From the NCBI GenBank assembly GCA_964612675.1, contig CAZTDD010000026.1, positions 1 through 59,258 on the forward strand: 59,258 bases of DNA, in the 5' to 3' direction. Source of the DNA: an uncultured bacterium (GTDB lineage Bacteria > Hinthialibacterota > Hinthialibacteria > Hinthialibacterales > JAKPRU01). Below are positions 38,593-47,053 of this stretch, piece after piece. The translations under genes were made by a program, and so were the position numbers. The notes under the pieces were generated by a model, which saw only the letters and a list, made by a program, of their open reading frames with translations, had not been told where the DNA came from and did no database searches. Positions within the stretch are counted from its first letter, which is position 1, and each line of letters starts with the position of its first letter.

Positions 38593-41261
38593 TCACTCAA
38601 TAATTCAAAATCGGGTTCCGGCTCTTCCTGTGCCATGGCGCTGGGAACGACTTTCCGATACACCTCGAATGGTTTCCGCAACACGCCATCGACAGTCAAA
38701 AGGTCTCGTTCGATCTCTATACCGAACAGACGCTCGTTCTCTCGCAGATAGGGTAGTATCAATTTCCAGTCTTCGGCTGTAAGCGATTGGTACGCTCCGG
38801 CGTTGAGCTGTTCCTGCACAAGCGTGCGATGCGGATCGCGAACGTAAATCGCGCCTCCGGAGGCCAGAGAAAGCAGATTGCTGCCCGGGTAAGGCAAATC
38901 CAGAGGAACGACACGGCCGTTCTCATCGAATCGGATACCATTCACAATTGCGAATCCGCCTCCCTTGAGTGGGTCGCCCGCCATGAACGACTCCGCCAGG
39001 AAATCGAGAGCGGTTCCGTTAATCACCACCCGGGGTTTCCCGACAGCGTTGATCATCGGCCTCCCGGCGGCGTTCCCCATGACATAGAATTCCCCGCCCT
39101 TCGCACCGTAAAGAAACGTCTGACCGACGTCGCCGTAAATCACGATTTTGCCTCGTTTGGCAATTTGGCAGAGCTGATCCTGCGCGTTGCAATGAACAAG
39201 CGCTTCGAGACCGTCTAGACCGGACCCGAGATAATCGCCGGGATTGTCATAACAATCCACACGAAGCCCGTCGGAGCTGGGACCGAAACCGGCCGCGTGA
39301 AAACGCGTCCCCCGCGTGTTGTAATGGATCAACCATTTCCAGCCGAGCTGGTAGGCATCGACCGCGAGTTTCGCGTCGCACGTCGGACCTTCGGGTGTAA
39401 AACCTCTCGCGTCAATCAAAAGGACTCTTTCGCCCGGGCGAGGTTCGCGGAGATCTTCACGTATCTCCCAATTCACTCTGCGACATGTTGACTCCGCTGT
39501 ATCGGTAAGAAGCGGTTGGCTCTCGAAAATCTTTCCAAGCCCGTCACGCAGAATGGTCAGAATGGAACTTCGCTTTTTCTCTCCGGTTGGATACTGACGG
39601 TCTAAACAAAGGGTCAATGCCTGGATACCGAGAAGCGGGTTGCTCTCTCCGCTTCGTTTTGCCGTTTCATCGACAAACCACCGAAGGCGGTCGTATGTCA
39701 TTTCCGCGAGAGAATCGCGAAAATACTCAAAAATGACTACAGGATTGTTACTCTCAATCGCACGTTGAATTTCCGCAGCGTCTCGCTCGCGTTCCTGCTC
39801 GGAAGGGGTCTTTAGTTCGGCGGTTGGTTTGTAAGCAACCTGATTTTGAGGCACCGTTACAGGAAGGCCGAACTTATTCGTCACTTGCATCGAGTAATGA
39901 CCGTTGCTGCCCGCAGAGCCGTTCGACGGGACAACATTCATCGCAAATGCCCCACCGTCCGAGTAACTTCCACCGCGCGCGTTCCAGTACATATCCGCAA
40001 CAGGCCGGAAACGGTTGTCTTCGGACGACAAACTGGCCAACGTCGCATCAATCGCCTGTTTTTCGGAACAGATCAACCCGGTAGAGACTTCGCCTTCCTG
40101 TAACGCGAAAACTTGCGGCCGCAGCATCGCTGTATCCGTGATTCCAACCAATTGATAGCCGGCTTCTTTTCCGAGATTGCGCGCAATGATGAAAAACCAC
40201 GGACCGTCGGGCGATCCGTGCATATGTGCCGCCTGGATTTGACGATAAATCCGACGCTTGTCCGCAGCCAACCGGTCGAAGTCCAGTTCGGTAGTCGGTG
40301 CGAGCGCTTCGATGATGTATTCCAGGGGATACTTGTATGTCCGGTTCATTAAATCGAAAAGAAGTACCGAGACTTCAGTATCTGTAATAAACAATGGAAA
40401 TAGATTCCGCTGCGCAAGATACTCGCTGACCGAAACATAATTGGCAAAGTCGCCGTTATGTACCAGCGCTTCGTTCATCCCAATGAACGGGTGGGCTCCG
40501 CCGGGATGCCATACACGACCACGCGTTGGATAGCGCTGGTGAGCGATCCACACATGGGCACGTAAATCCGGCATCCGGTAATACTGAACCGCAGCCTCGG
40601 CGTATCCCACGATTTTAATGATAAAGAGATTCCGAGCGTGCGAGAGAACGAAAGCCCGCTTCTCGCCCAAAGAAGAATAGAATTCCGTATTCAACAGAAA
40701 CGAATTCTGAAAAACAAATTCATCCTCGATTTCGCGTTCGGGAAGATGAGTCAGTCCTTTTTCCTGAGCGAACTGTGCGAGGACGTCCGACTTCACACGA
40801 ACGAAATACCGGGCGACTTCCGGGGGTTTGATCTCCAGCAATGGTACGTCCCGGTAATCGTCGACAGTTGGAATCACCCCTCCCTGATGAATATCGAAGT
40901 ATGGCTCGATACGGCTCTTTTCGACATCCTTCTGCGCCTCAGGATCCAAGAGGGCGATTTGGAGGATATAGTCTTCGTCGATCTCTTTTTGCGTGACGCC
41001 CAGATCCTCGGGCACAATCCCGCATGCGGCAATTCCGCCTCCCCGTCCGTTTCCGCGATTCCGCATTTGGATGGAGGGCTCGTAGATGTGACGGCCCCCG
41101 ACAGGGACGGTACAAGCGAATCCCGTCACACCGCAGCCGCCCTCGGCTTCCGTGGGTTTTGGGAACCAGGATTCGCCCTCTTTAGGCCGCAGATGGGATC
41201 GCGACCGAATCAGCATATTGGCCCGATTCAAGTTATTGATTTCCATTGTCTTTGAACTCAT
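38589..41261 (-). CDS. glutamate-synthase-like fusion: class-II glutamine amidotransferase (GltA-like) + GXGXG domain (GltC-like)
   Basis: The GGCGVTGF Ntn-type Cys is preceded by ~40 aa. C-terminal IVIYGDVGQTFLYGAKGGEFYVMGNAAGRPM...NGTALDF GXGXG repeats. Confidence 0.75.
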   Translation of the reverse strand: MSSKTMEINNLNRANMLIRSRSHLRPKEGESWFPKPTEAEGGCGVTGFACTVPVGGRHIYEPSIQMRNRGNGRGGGIAACGIVPEDLGVTQKEIDEDYILQIALLDPEAQKDVEKSRIEPYFDIHQGGVIPTVDDYRDVPLLEIKPPEVARYFVRVKSDVLAQFAQEKGLTHLPEREIEDEFVFQNSFLLNTEFYSSLGEKRAFVLSHARNLFIIKIVGYAEAAVQYYRMPDLRAHVWIAHQRYPTRGRVWHPGGAHPFIGMNEALVHNGDFANYVSVSEYLAQRNLFPLFITDTEVSVLLFDLMNRTYKYPLEYIIEALAPTTELDFDRLAADKRRIYRQIQAAHMHGSPDGPWFFIIARNLGKEAGYQLVGITDTAMLRPQVFALQEGEVSTGLICSEKQAIDATLASLSSEDNRFRPVADMYWNARGGSYSDGGAFAMNVVPSNGSAGSNGHYSMQVTNKFGLPVTVPQNQVAYKPTAELKTPSEQERERDAAEIQRAIESNNPVVIFEYFRDSLAEMTYDRLRWFVDETAKRSGESNPLLGIQALTLCLDRQYPTGEKKRSSILTILRDGLGKIFESQPLLTDTAESTCRRVNWEIREDLREPRPGERVLLIDARGFTPEGPTCDAKLAVDAYQLGWKWLIHYNTRGTRFHAAGFGPSSDGLRVDCYDNPGDYLGSGLDGLEALVHCNAQDQLCQIAKRGKIVIYGDVGQTFLYGAKGGEFYVMGNAAGRPMINAVGKPRVVINGTALDFLAESFMAGDPLKGGGFAIVNGIRFDENGRVVPLDLPYPGSNLLSLASGGAIYVRDPHRTLVQEQLNAGAYQSLTAEDWKLILPYLRENERLFGIEIERDLLTVDGVLRKPFEVYRKVVPSAMAQEEPEPDFELLSE

Positions 41262-41476
41262 ATCCGTCTCGGCTCGGCGGGAGCCTCGCCCTCCCGGGCC
41301 TGTCGCCTTCTGAATTTGGCTCCCCTAGTCCTTCTCGGCTCGGCAGGAGCCTCGCCCTCCCGGGCCTGTCGCCTTCCGGATTTGTCTCACCTAGTCCTTG
41401 AACTCATGTTCGTCTCGGCTCGGCGGGAGCCTTGCCCTCCCGGGCCTGTCGCCTTCCGGATTTGTCTCACCTAGTT
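41262..41476. repeat. three tandem 66-80-bp units, each with a GGGAGGGCGAGGCTCCCGCCGAGCCG hairpin (minus-strand sense), between two operon genes
   Basis: Units start near 41267, 41333 and 41413. Each also duplicates the first ~14 nt (ATGAGTTCAAG) of the downstream gene start. Confidence 0.75.
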
Positions 41477-43039
41477 TTGCGGAGAGCCTTCGTAATCTAA
41501 ATGCGTTAGTAAATCGGTCCGCCCGCGAAGGGCCTGTACTGAGTCGAGTCCCAGGCGATACAAGATGTCGATCAACATCTCGCGCCAGGCGTTGTACATG
41601 TTCACGAGTCTCTGGGTACACCAATCGATGGTGACCATTTCCAGAAGTTCCGGGTCCGTCGTTGCGATTCCGCGTGCACAGCCTCGCCCGCTCTCACAAC
41701 AACCGCATCGGATACAGCCCAGAGCGACAAGTTCCGCCGTGCCGATAATGACGCCATCCGCTCCCAGGGCGATCGATTTCGCAATATCGTCAGGCGTCCG
41801 TATGCCGCCGCTGACCATCAGACTCACTTCATCGCGGACCCCTTCATCCACGAGGAAGCTATGTACCATGTTGATGGCATACTCGATCGGCATCGCAATG
41901 TTCTTTTTCGCGATGTTCGGCGCGGCTCCGGTCCCTCCGTAGCTTCCATCCAGATGAACAATGTGCGAGCCCGCACAATACGATCCGACTGCTACCATAT
42001 CCACATCGGCGGGAGTCGAGACTTTCGTCGAAAGAAGCGCCCGCGGATTGATGTGGGCTATCCAATCGAGATGTTTCTTATGATCTTCGATGGAGTAGAC
42101 ACTGTGAAATGGAAACGGCGAGAAAAGAGACGTACCGACAACCGCCTCGCGCATCCTCGCGACATCGGGAGTATTCTTGTCGCCGAGAAGGTGTCCGCCG
42201 AGGCCCGGCTTGGCACCCTGTGCGTACTTGAATTCGACGATTCGTGCACGTTGAATGGTCTCTTCCCGTACTCCGAATAGTCCGGTGGCGACCTGGGTGA
42301 TCATGTGATCCGCGTAAGGAATCATCCGGTCGGGATATCCGCCTTCTCCCGTGCAGCTGAACGAATTCCAGGCTTTCGCCGCCCGCGCCTTCGCCAACAA
42401 AGCCCGCAGGTTGGTCGACCCGTACGACATCCCGCCACCGTACCACGGAATATCGATTTTCACTCTCGGACGCGAGTCGTTGCGCCGATTCAGTACCAGT
42501 TCCGTAGAAATATCTTCGCGCCGTAAATCCGCAGGCGGAGAGTCCGGGAACAGAAATCGGAGACGATCGAAACCGCCACCGGATGCGCCGATTGCACTTT
42601 CAAGATGGGGCGGCGGCACCTCACCGGTCTCGGCCATCATCCATGTAGCAACCAGCAAATCCGCCGGCCATCGATGATCGCCCATGGTATCGAACGCCGG
42701 ATTTCGGCTGAGGGAGAGCGCACCGACCGGACAAGTATCGATGCAGTAATGGTCCGTCTTGGCACAGTCAAAGCCGATACAACGATAGTCAAACGGACGC
42801 GTCATACGGCGGTATCCCTCGGGACGGACATGCACCTCGTGAGGGCAGGTTTCGACGCATTTTCCACAAGCGATACAGTTGGACGCCCGGAACAGGCTGA
42901 ACTTGCCGATCTCGTTCCGGTAACGTGGCGGCGCGGGATTCAATTCTCTTGAGACCTTTGCGTACTCGGGCTTTGACGCGAATTCATCGCCGCGTTGCGG
43001 GTGAATCGTGGATACATCGGCTGCCGGTGTTGCGTTCAT
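41471..43039 (-). CDS. archaeal-type glutamate synthase FMN-binding (GltB-like) subunit with N-terminal 2x[4Fe-4S]
   Basis: CIACGKCVETCP..CIGFDCAKTDHYCIDTCP, then MVSGGIRTPDDIAKSIALGADGVIIGT FMN barrel, then CIRCGCCESGRGC. Confidence 0.8.
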   Translation of the reverse strand: MNATPAADVSTIHPQRGDEFASKPEYAKVSRELNPAPPRYRNEIGKFSLFRASNCIACGKCVETCPHEVHVRPEGYRRMTRPFDYRCIGFDCAKTDHYCIDTCPVGALSLSRNPAFDTMGDHRWPADLLVATWMMAETGEVPPPHLESAIGASGGGFDRLRFLFPDSPPADLRREDISTELVLNRRNDSRPRVKIDIPWYGGGMSYGSTNLRALLAKARAAKAWNSFSCTGEGGYPDRMIPYADHMITQVATGLFGVREETIQRARIVEFKYAQGAKPGLGGHLLGDKNTPDVARMREAVVGTSLFSPFPFHSVYSIEDHKKHLDWIAHINPRALLSTKVSTPADVDMVAVGSYCAGSHIVHLDGSYGGTGAAPNIAKKNIAMPIEYAINMVHSFLVDEGVRDEVSLMVSGGIRTPDDIAKSIALGADGVIIGTAELVALGCIRCGCCESGRGCARGIATTDPELLEMVTIDWCTQRLVNMYNAWREMLIDILYRLGLDSVQALRGRTDLLTHLDYEGSPQN

Positions 43040-43042
43040 TTC

Positions 43043-44437
43043 CTACTGTGCTCCAACCTGGACCTTCCTCTTTCCAAAGATACGTCCGAATGTGTTGCGT
43101 TCAAGATCCTCAAAGAACATACAGCGGCCTGTTTCGCCGCGCAGACGACGAACCTCACGGATCCCCATAGCGCCCAGCATCTCCAACAGCTGGCTATGCC
43201 ACGCGCTCATCAGATTGACAATCCTCTGGACGGCGTATTCAGGATCGGCTTCGTCCAGCGCGACAGGACACATCTCGCCGTGCTCGCATTCGCCGCAGAG
43301 TCTGCATTCCAATGCGACAATGAGGGGAACATCGATAGCGATCAGGTCCGCTCCGCATATCACCGCTTTGGCCATGTGCTCGGCTAGAGCGATTCCCCCG
43401 GAGGCAATGATGGTTACCTCGTCGCGTGAGCCTTCCTTGACCAATGCGCCGTGTACATCCCGCAAGACATCGCGCATATGTCTCGGATCGGGCGCAACAT
43501 CCTCTTTTCCGTGGATATCGAACCGAATATGAATCACCTCAACGCCTGCCCGGGTCAATTCGAGGACTCGATCCGTGACTCGCGGAGTCGCGAAGAGGCG
43601 TACGGCGACAACCTGGCTGGGGTTCTTTTCTTTCAGTGCTTGACATGTGGAGGAAATGTCGTCCCGCTCCGGTACCATGACCATCGGCGCGGAGGCGAAT
43701 GTCTCGACCTCCGACGGGTCGGAAACCAGTGGAATAATATGTCCTCCGAGCGTCTCTTCAATGATCTCGCTCTCTCGTAAAACGGCCATTGTGCCGATTT
43801 CCGCGGCCGCTTTGGCAACCGACCGTACCACAGGGCCTCTGCACCAATGGTCCGGAATGATGTCGAAAATCAACGGAAGCGGCGTCTCCAGCAACGGGGG
43901 AAAGGGATCATCCTGTCGATCGTCTTGAAAAGTCAGGTGAGACAGTTTTCGGCCGATATCGACGCTTGTGTTGATGTATTCCCGGCCGTGGATACCGTCC
44001 CGGGTGGGCCGCACGATCTCGGACATGTCCGTCCACATGGAATCGAATCCCGAGCCACTGAACGGTCCGCCGTAGCCCGCGCCGGTCACGGGGATTTTGC
44101 CGGTTTCCGCCTGGAACCACGTTGTAAGGATAGTGTCTGGAGTATAATAGTGGTCCCCGAGCCGCCGGTATTCAGGATTCACAACGCGGGTCAGAATCCC
44201 CTTCGTACAGTCCTGAACACAGTTCAGGCAGCCTTTGCACTGATAGATATAGTCGAGATACCCGAGTTCATCGCGCAAGGTATCGGCTTCTTCGCGATAG
44301 AAACCGTAAACACAGCTTCGTTTGACACAATTATGACAGCTGGAGCAGTCTTCCCGCCAATCCACGATTCCGAGTTTGCCGACGGGTCGTGTGCGGGGAG
44401 AGACCGGAACGGGATGGATTGTGTACTTTATTGGCAC
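43043..44437 (-). CDS. second GltB-like FMN-domain paralog with N-terminal ferredoxin
   Basis: CSSCHNCVKRSC..CKGCLNCVQDC, then IIASGGIALAEHMAKAVICGADLIAID, then CRLCGECEHGEMC. Confidence 0.7.
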   Translation of the reverse strand: MPIKYTIHPVPVSPRTRPVGKLGIVDWREDCSSCHNCVKRSCVYGFYREEADTLRDELGYLDYIYQCKGCLNCVQDCTKGILTRVVNPEYRRLGDHYYTPDTILTTWFQAETGKIPVTGAGYGGPFSGSGFDSMWTDMSEIVRPTRDGIHGREYINTSVDIGRKLSHLTFQDDRQDDPFPPLLETPLPLIFDIIPDHWCRGPVVRSVAKAAAEIGTMAVLRESEIIEETLGGHIIPLVSDPSEVETFASAPMVMVPERDDISSTCQALKEKNPSQVVAVRLFATPRVTDRVLELTRAGVEVIHIRFDIHGKEDVAPDPRHMRDVLRDVHGALVKEGSRDEVTIIASGGIALAEHMAKAVICGADLIAIDVPLIVALECRLCGECEHGEMCPVALDEADPEYAVQRIVNLMSAWHSQLLEMLGAMGIREVRRLRGETGRCMFFEDLERNTFGRIFGKRKVQVGAQ

Positions 44438-44439
44438 GG

Positions 44440-45372
44440 CTAATCGATCCTTAGTCCTGTTTTTTGAATCACTTCCAGTGTCGCATCTTCATCGCCGCAG
44501 ATCTCGAATCCCCGCAACCCCTCAATCGATGAGAGCCGCTGAATGGCCTCCACAGCGATGTCGATTCCCGCAGAACGCTGCGCCGTCTCCTCGGTTTGTG
44601 ACTGGATGCGCTCAATGAGAGCATCCGGCACTCTTGGCGATGGACGTTTGGCTGCAAATTCTCTGGCGGACTGCGCATCCGTCAGGATATGGATACCCGC
44701 CAGTATAGCAGTCTTCTTATGGACACCGGTCTCAGCGACCTGTTTCCACCAGATGTCGAAGCGGTCTATGTCGAAAACCGGCTGAGTAATCAGAAACTGA
44801 GCCCCTGCGTTCACTTTCTTCACGACCCGCATCACCTGCAGTTCCATCGGGTCCGCGAAGGGGGAGGCGACAGCACCGAGACAGAACGGACCTGCACCAT
44901 TCAATTGCTCTTGCCCAACAATCGACGCATCGGATTCGATCCTCGAAATTGCCTGGATCAACTGAGTTGAATCGATGTCGAAAACGTTTTTCGCGGCTCG
45001 CGAACGTCCCAAGGTTTGGTGAGCGCCGGTATTGGAGAGAACGTTCCGAATGTTGAGGGCAGCGGCCCCAAGGATGTCGGATAGAAGTGCGATACGGTTT
45101 CTGTCGCGTGTGACCATGTGGAGGATCGGCTCCACACCTTCAGCGTTGAGCAGCGAAGCTGCTGCGAGAGCCGACATCGTGACCCCGTCCCGGTTGTCGC
45201 TCACACCGACGGCATGCACTTTGCCGCTGAGTTTCTTGGCTGCGTTTCGAATCGGTTCGGGATCGGCGCTCGACGGGGGCGCTATCTCGGCAACGACAAT
45301 TGATTGCCCCGATTGGATTCGTTTATGAAGTGCTGTTTTCGCTTTGTCCATTGTCCTCAACCTGTCATACAT
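44440..45372 (-). CDS. metF: 5,10-methylenetetrahydrofolate reductase (acetogen-type MetF)
   Basis: MTHFR TIM-barrel similarity (SIVVAEIAPP..., ...LITQPVFD...). Immediately upstream of the glt-like and hdr genes with a 2-nt gap. Confidence 0.75.
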   Translation of the reverse strand: MYDRLRTMDKAKTALHKRIQSGQSIVVAEIAPPSSADPEPIRNAAKKLSGKVHAVGVSDNRDGVTMSALAAASLLNAEGVEPILHMVTRDRNRIALLSDILGAAALNIRNVLSNTGAHQTLGRSRAAKNVFDIDSTQLIQAISRIESDASIVGQEQLNGAGPFCLGAVASPFADPMELQVMRVVKKVNAGAQFLITQPVFDIDRFDIWWKQVAETGVHKKTAILAGIHILTDAQSAREFAAKRPSPRVPDALIERIQSQTEETAQRSAGIDIAVEAIQRLSSIEGLRGFEICGDEDATLEVIQKTGLRID

Positions 45373-45437
45373 CGAAATGGAATCGGCCGGCTGTTCTGCA
45401 GTGCGTCGTGAGTCGTAAATTCACTCGACAACTTCTG

Positions 45438-45857
45438 TTATTCAGCTCTGAGGAGCGGACTATCACCTAATTCTGCAAACCGGGAAACCGCAGAACGAAT
45501 CTCGTTCTCAAGCTTCTCGGGAGCATCCTCAGGAGAACACTCAAGTAATCGGACCCGGTCGGGTTCAATTCCGATTTCCGAGAGAAGCCGCTGAACAGTA
45601 TGAGTCCGCACCTCCGCTCGATAGTTGCCCTGCGCCAGTCGACATTCGCCTTTCGGACACGCGACAACGCAAACACCGCGTCCGCCTCCTTCAAGAGCAT
45701 GAAAGAGATATTGGATATCGATTTTGCCGCTGCACGGGATCTCCTGGACGCGCACATGTACGTCGTCCTGCTTCCATTGACGGGGGACCTTTGCCCCGTG
45801 AGGTACGCAGTTGTGGCAGACATAAACCAGTACATCGGGACACACAGGATTCGTCAT
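45438..45857 (-). CDS. second MvhD/FlpD-family protein (first gene of the operon)
   Basis: VYVCHNCVP...PCSGKID..LFHALEGGGRGVCVVACPKGECRLAQGN. The ATG at 45857 has an AGGTG RBS; the track start at 45953 lacks one. Confidence 0.75.
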   Translation of the reverse strand: MTNPVCPDVLVYVCHNCVPHGAKVPRQWKQDDVHVRVQEIPCSGKIDIQYLFHALEGGGRGVCVVACPKGECRLAQGNYRAEVRTHTVQRLLSEIGIEPDRVRLLECSPEDAPEKLENEIRSAVSRFAELGDSPLLRAE

Positions 45858-46018
45858 TGGGTTAGCCACACCTACTTTTCTCTTCGATATGGGGTACGTA
45901 CCTCGAATATCGACAAAGGGTACCAAACGGCCTTTGCGGACCGCTGGTCTCATGTATCGAATCCGAGCAACAAGAGAGAGAAATGTTTACTCTGCCAGCT
46001 GGAACCTGTCAACCCTAG

Positions 46019-46038
46019 TTTGGCAATAGATTGCCAAA
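46019..46038. promoter_or_regulatory. perfect palindrome TTTGGCAAT-AG-ATTGCCAAA upstream of the redox operon
   Basis: 9-bp arms and a 2-bp spacer. About 65-160 nt upstream of the first operon start codon, and 60 nt downstream of the FGE gene. Confidence 0.45.
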
Positions 46039-46097
46039 AAAGAGGCGCCTACACAACACTGGGCTTCCTATCGATTCGTTGAGAAACCTCTCGCGCA

Positions 46098-46934
46098 TTA
46101 TGTTGCAGAATGAATCGCCCCTGCGACGCGGAATCCGACATAGTAATAGGAGTTCTCCGGCTTATCCCGATTCCGAAACGCGGACCGGCAACGCCAGGCA
46201 AAACTCACCGCGGTTCCCCCACGCAGTACACGTTCCTCGCCGCTCGCCGGGCCGATCGGATCGATCTGCGGCTTCGCGGGATATATACCGTATAGGTCAT
46301 AACACCATTCGTAAACATTCCCGGCCATATCGTAGAGCCCCCACGCATTGGGTTTCTTGCGCCCAATGGGCTGAATGGTCATCGGTCTGTTGATCTCGCG
46401 GTACCACGCGTACTGTGCGATCTGAAGGTCGTCCGGATCTTCGCCCCAATAATACGCCGTCTCGGTTCCAGCACGGCATGCGTATTCCCATTCGGCCTCC
46501 GTCGGCAGCCGAAATGTGCCAAAGCCCCTTCCATTCAACCGCTGGATGAATGATTGGCAGTCGTTCCAGCTCACGTTGTAGACCGGGACGTTGTTCCCTT
46601 CCCCGTAGTCCCGCGCAGGGTTCGATCCCATCACGCTTTTCCACTGGGCCTGCGTGATTTCATACTTGCCGATGTAGAACGGCTTGGAAATCGTAACCTT
46701 GTGTCGGGGACCTTCTCTTTCGAAATGCCCTTGTTCGCTGGAAGACGACCCCATAATGAAGGTGCCCGCCGGAATCGAGACCATGACGAGCGGCGTCGCC
46801 TCCTCCGGGAGACCCGCGAGTTGGATCGCAACTTCCTTACGCCCGGAGTGTGGATTGACTCCGAGACCGGTTAGCTCCTGTCCCCGGCAGGGCAAAACAA
46901 ATACCAACAACAGTAGTCCGCAAATCCACATCAT
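46098..46934 (-). CDS. formylglycine-generating-enzyme (SUMF1/FGE)-family protein, secreted
   Basis: FYIGKYEITQAQW, RLPTEAEWEYACRAG, GNVYEWCYD and LRGG motifs. Signal peptide from MMWICGLLLLVFVLPC. The track start is a TTG further upstream. Confidence 0.85.
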   Translation of the reverse strand: MMWICGLLLLVFVLPCRGQELTGLGVNPHSGRKEVAIQLAGLPEEATPLVMVSIPAGTFIMGSSSSEQGHFEREGPRHKVTISKPFYIGKYEITQAQWKSVMGSNPARDYGEGNNVPVYNVSWNDCQSFIQRLNGRGFGTFRLPTEAEWEYACRAGTETAYYWGEDPDDLQIAQYAWYREINRPMTIQPIGRKKPNAWGLYDMAGNVYEWCYDLYGIYPAKPQIDPIGPASGEERVLRGGTAVSFAWRCRSAFRNRDKPENSYYYVGFRVAGAIHSAT

Positions 46935-47053
46935 CGTCTTATCGCGCACCAGTCCACTAGCCACGTAATATGTGTCCGTCCTAGTATAGCGGAACCATAC
47001 CAGTTCGATGAAAGTACGCAAGATCTTTGCACATCGGAAAGGAGCCGATCGGC

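Noticed and set aside
46019-46038. sigma-54 (-24/-12) promoter reading of TGGCAAT..TTGCC
   Set aside because: The GG to GC spacing is 11 nt instead of the invariant 12. The perfect dyad symmetry fits an operator better.
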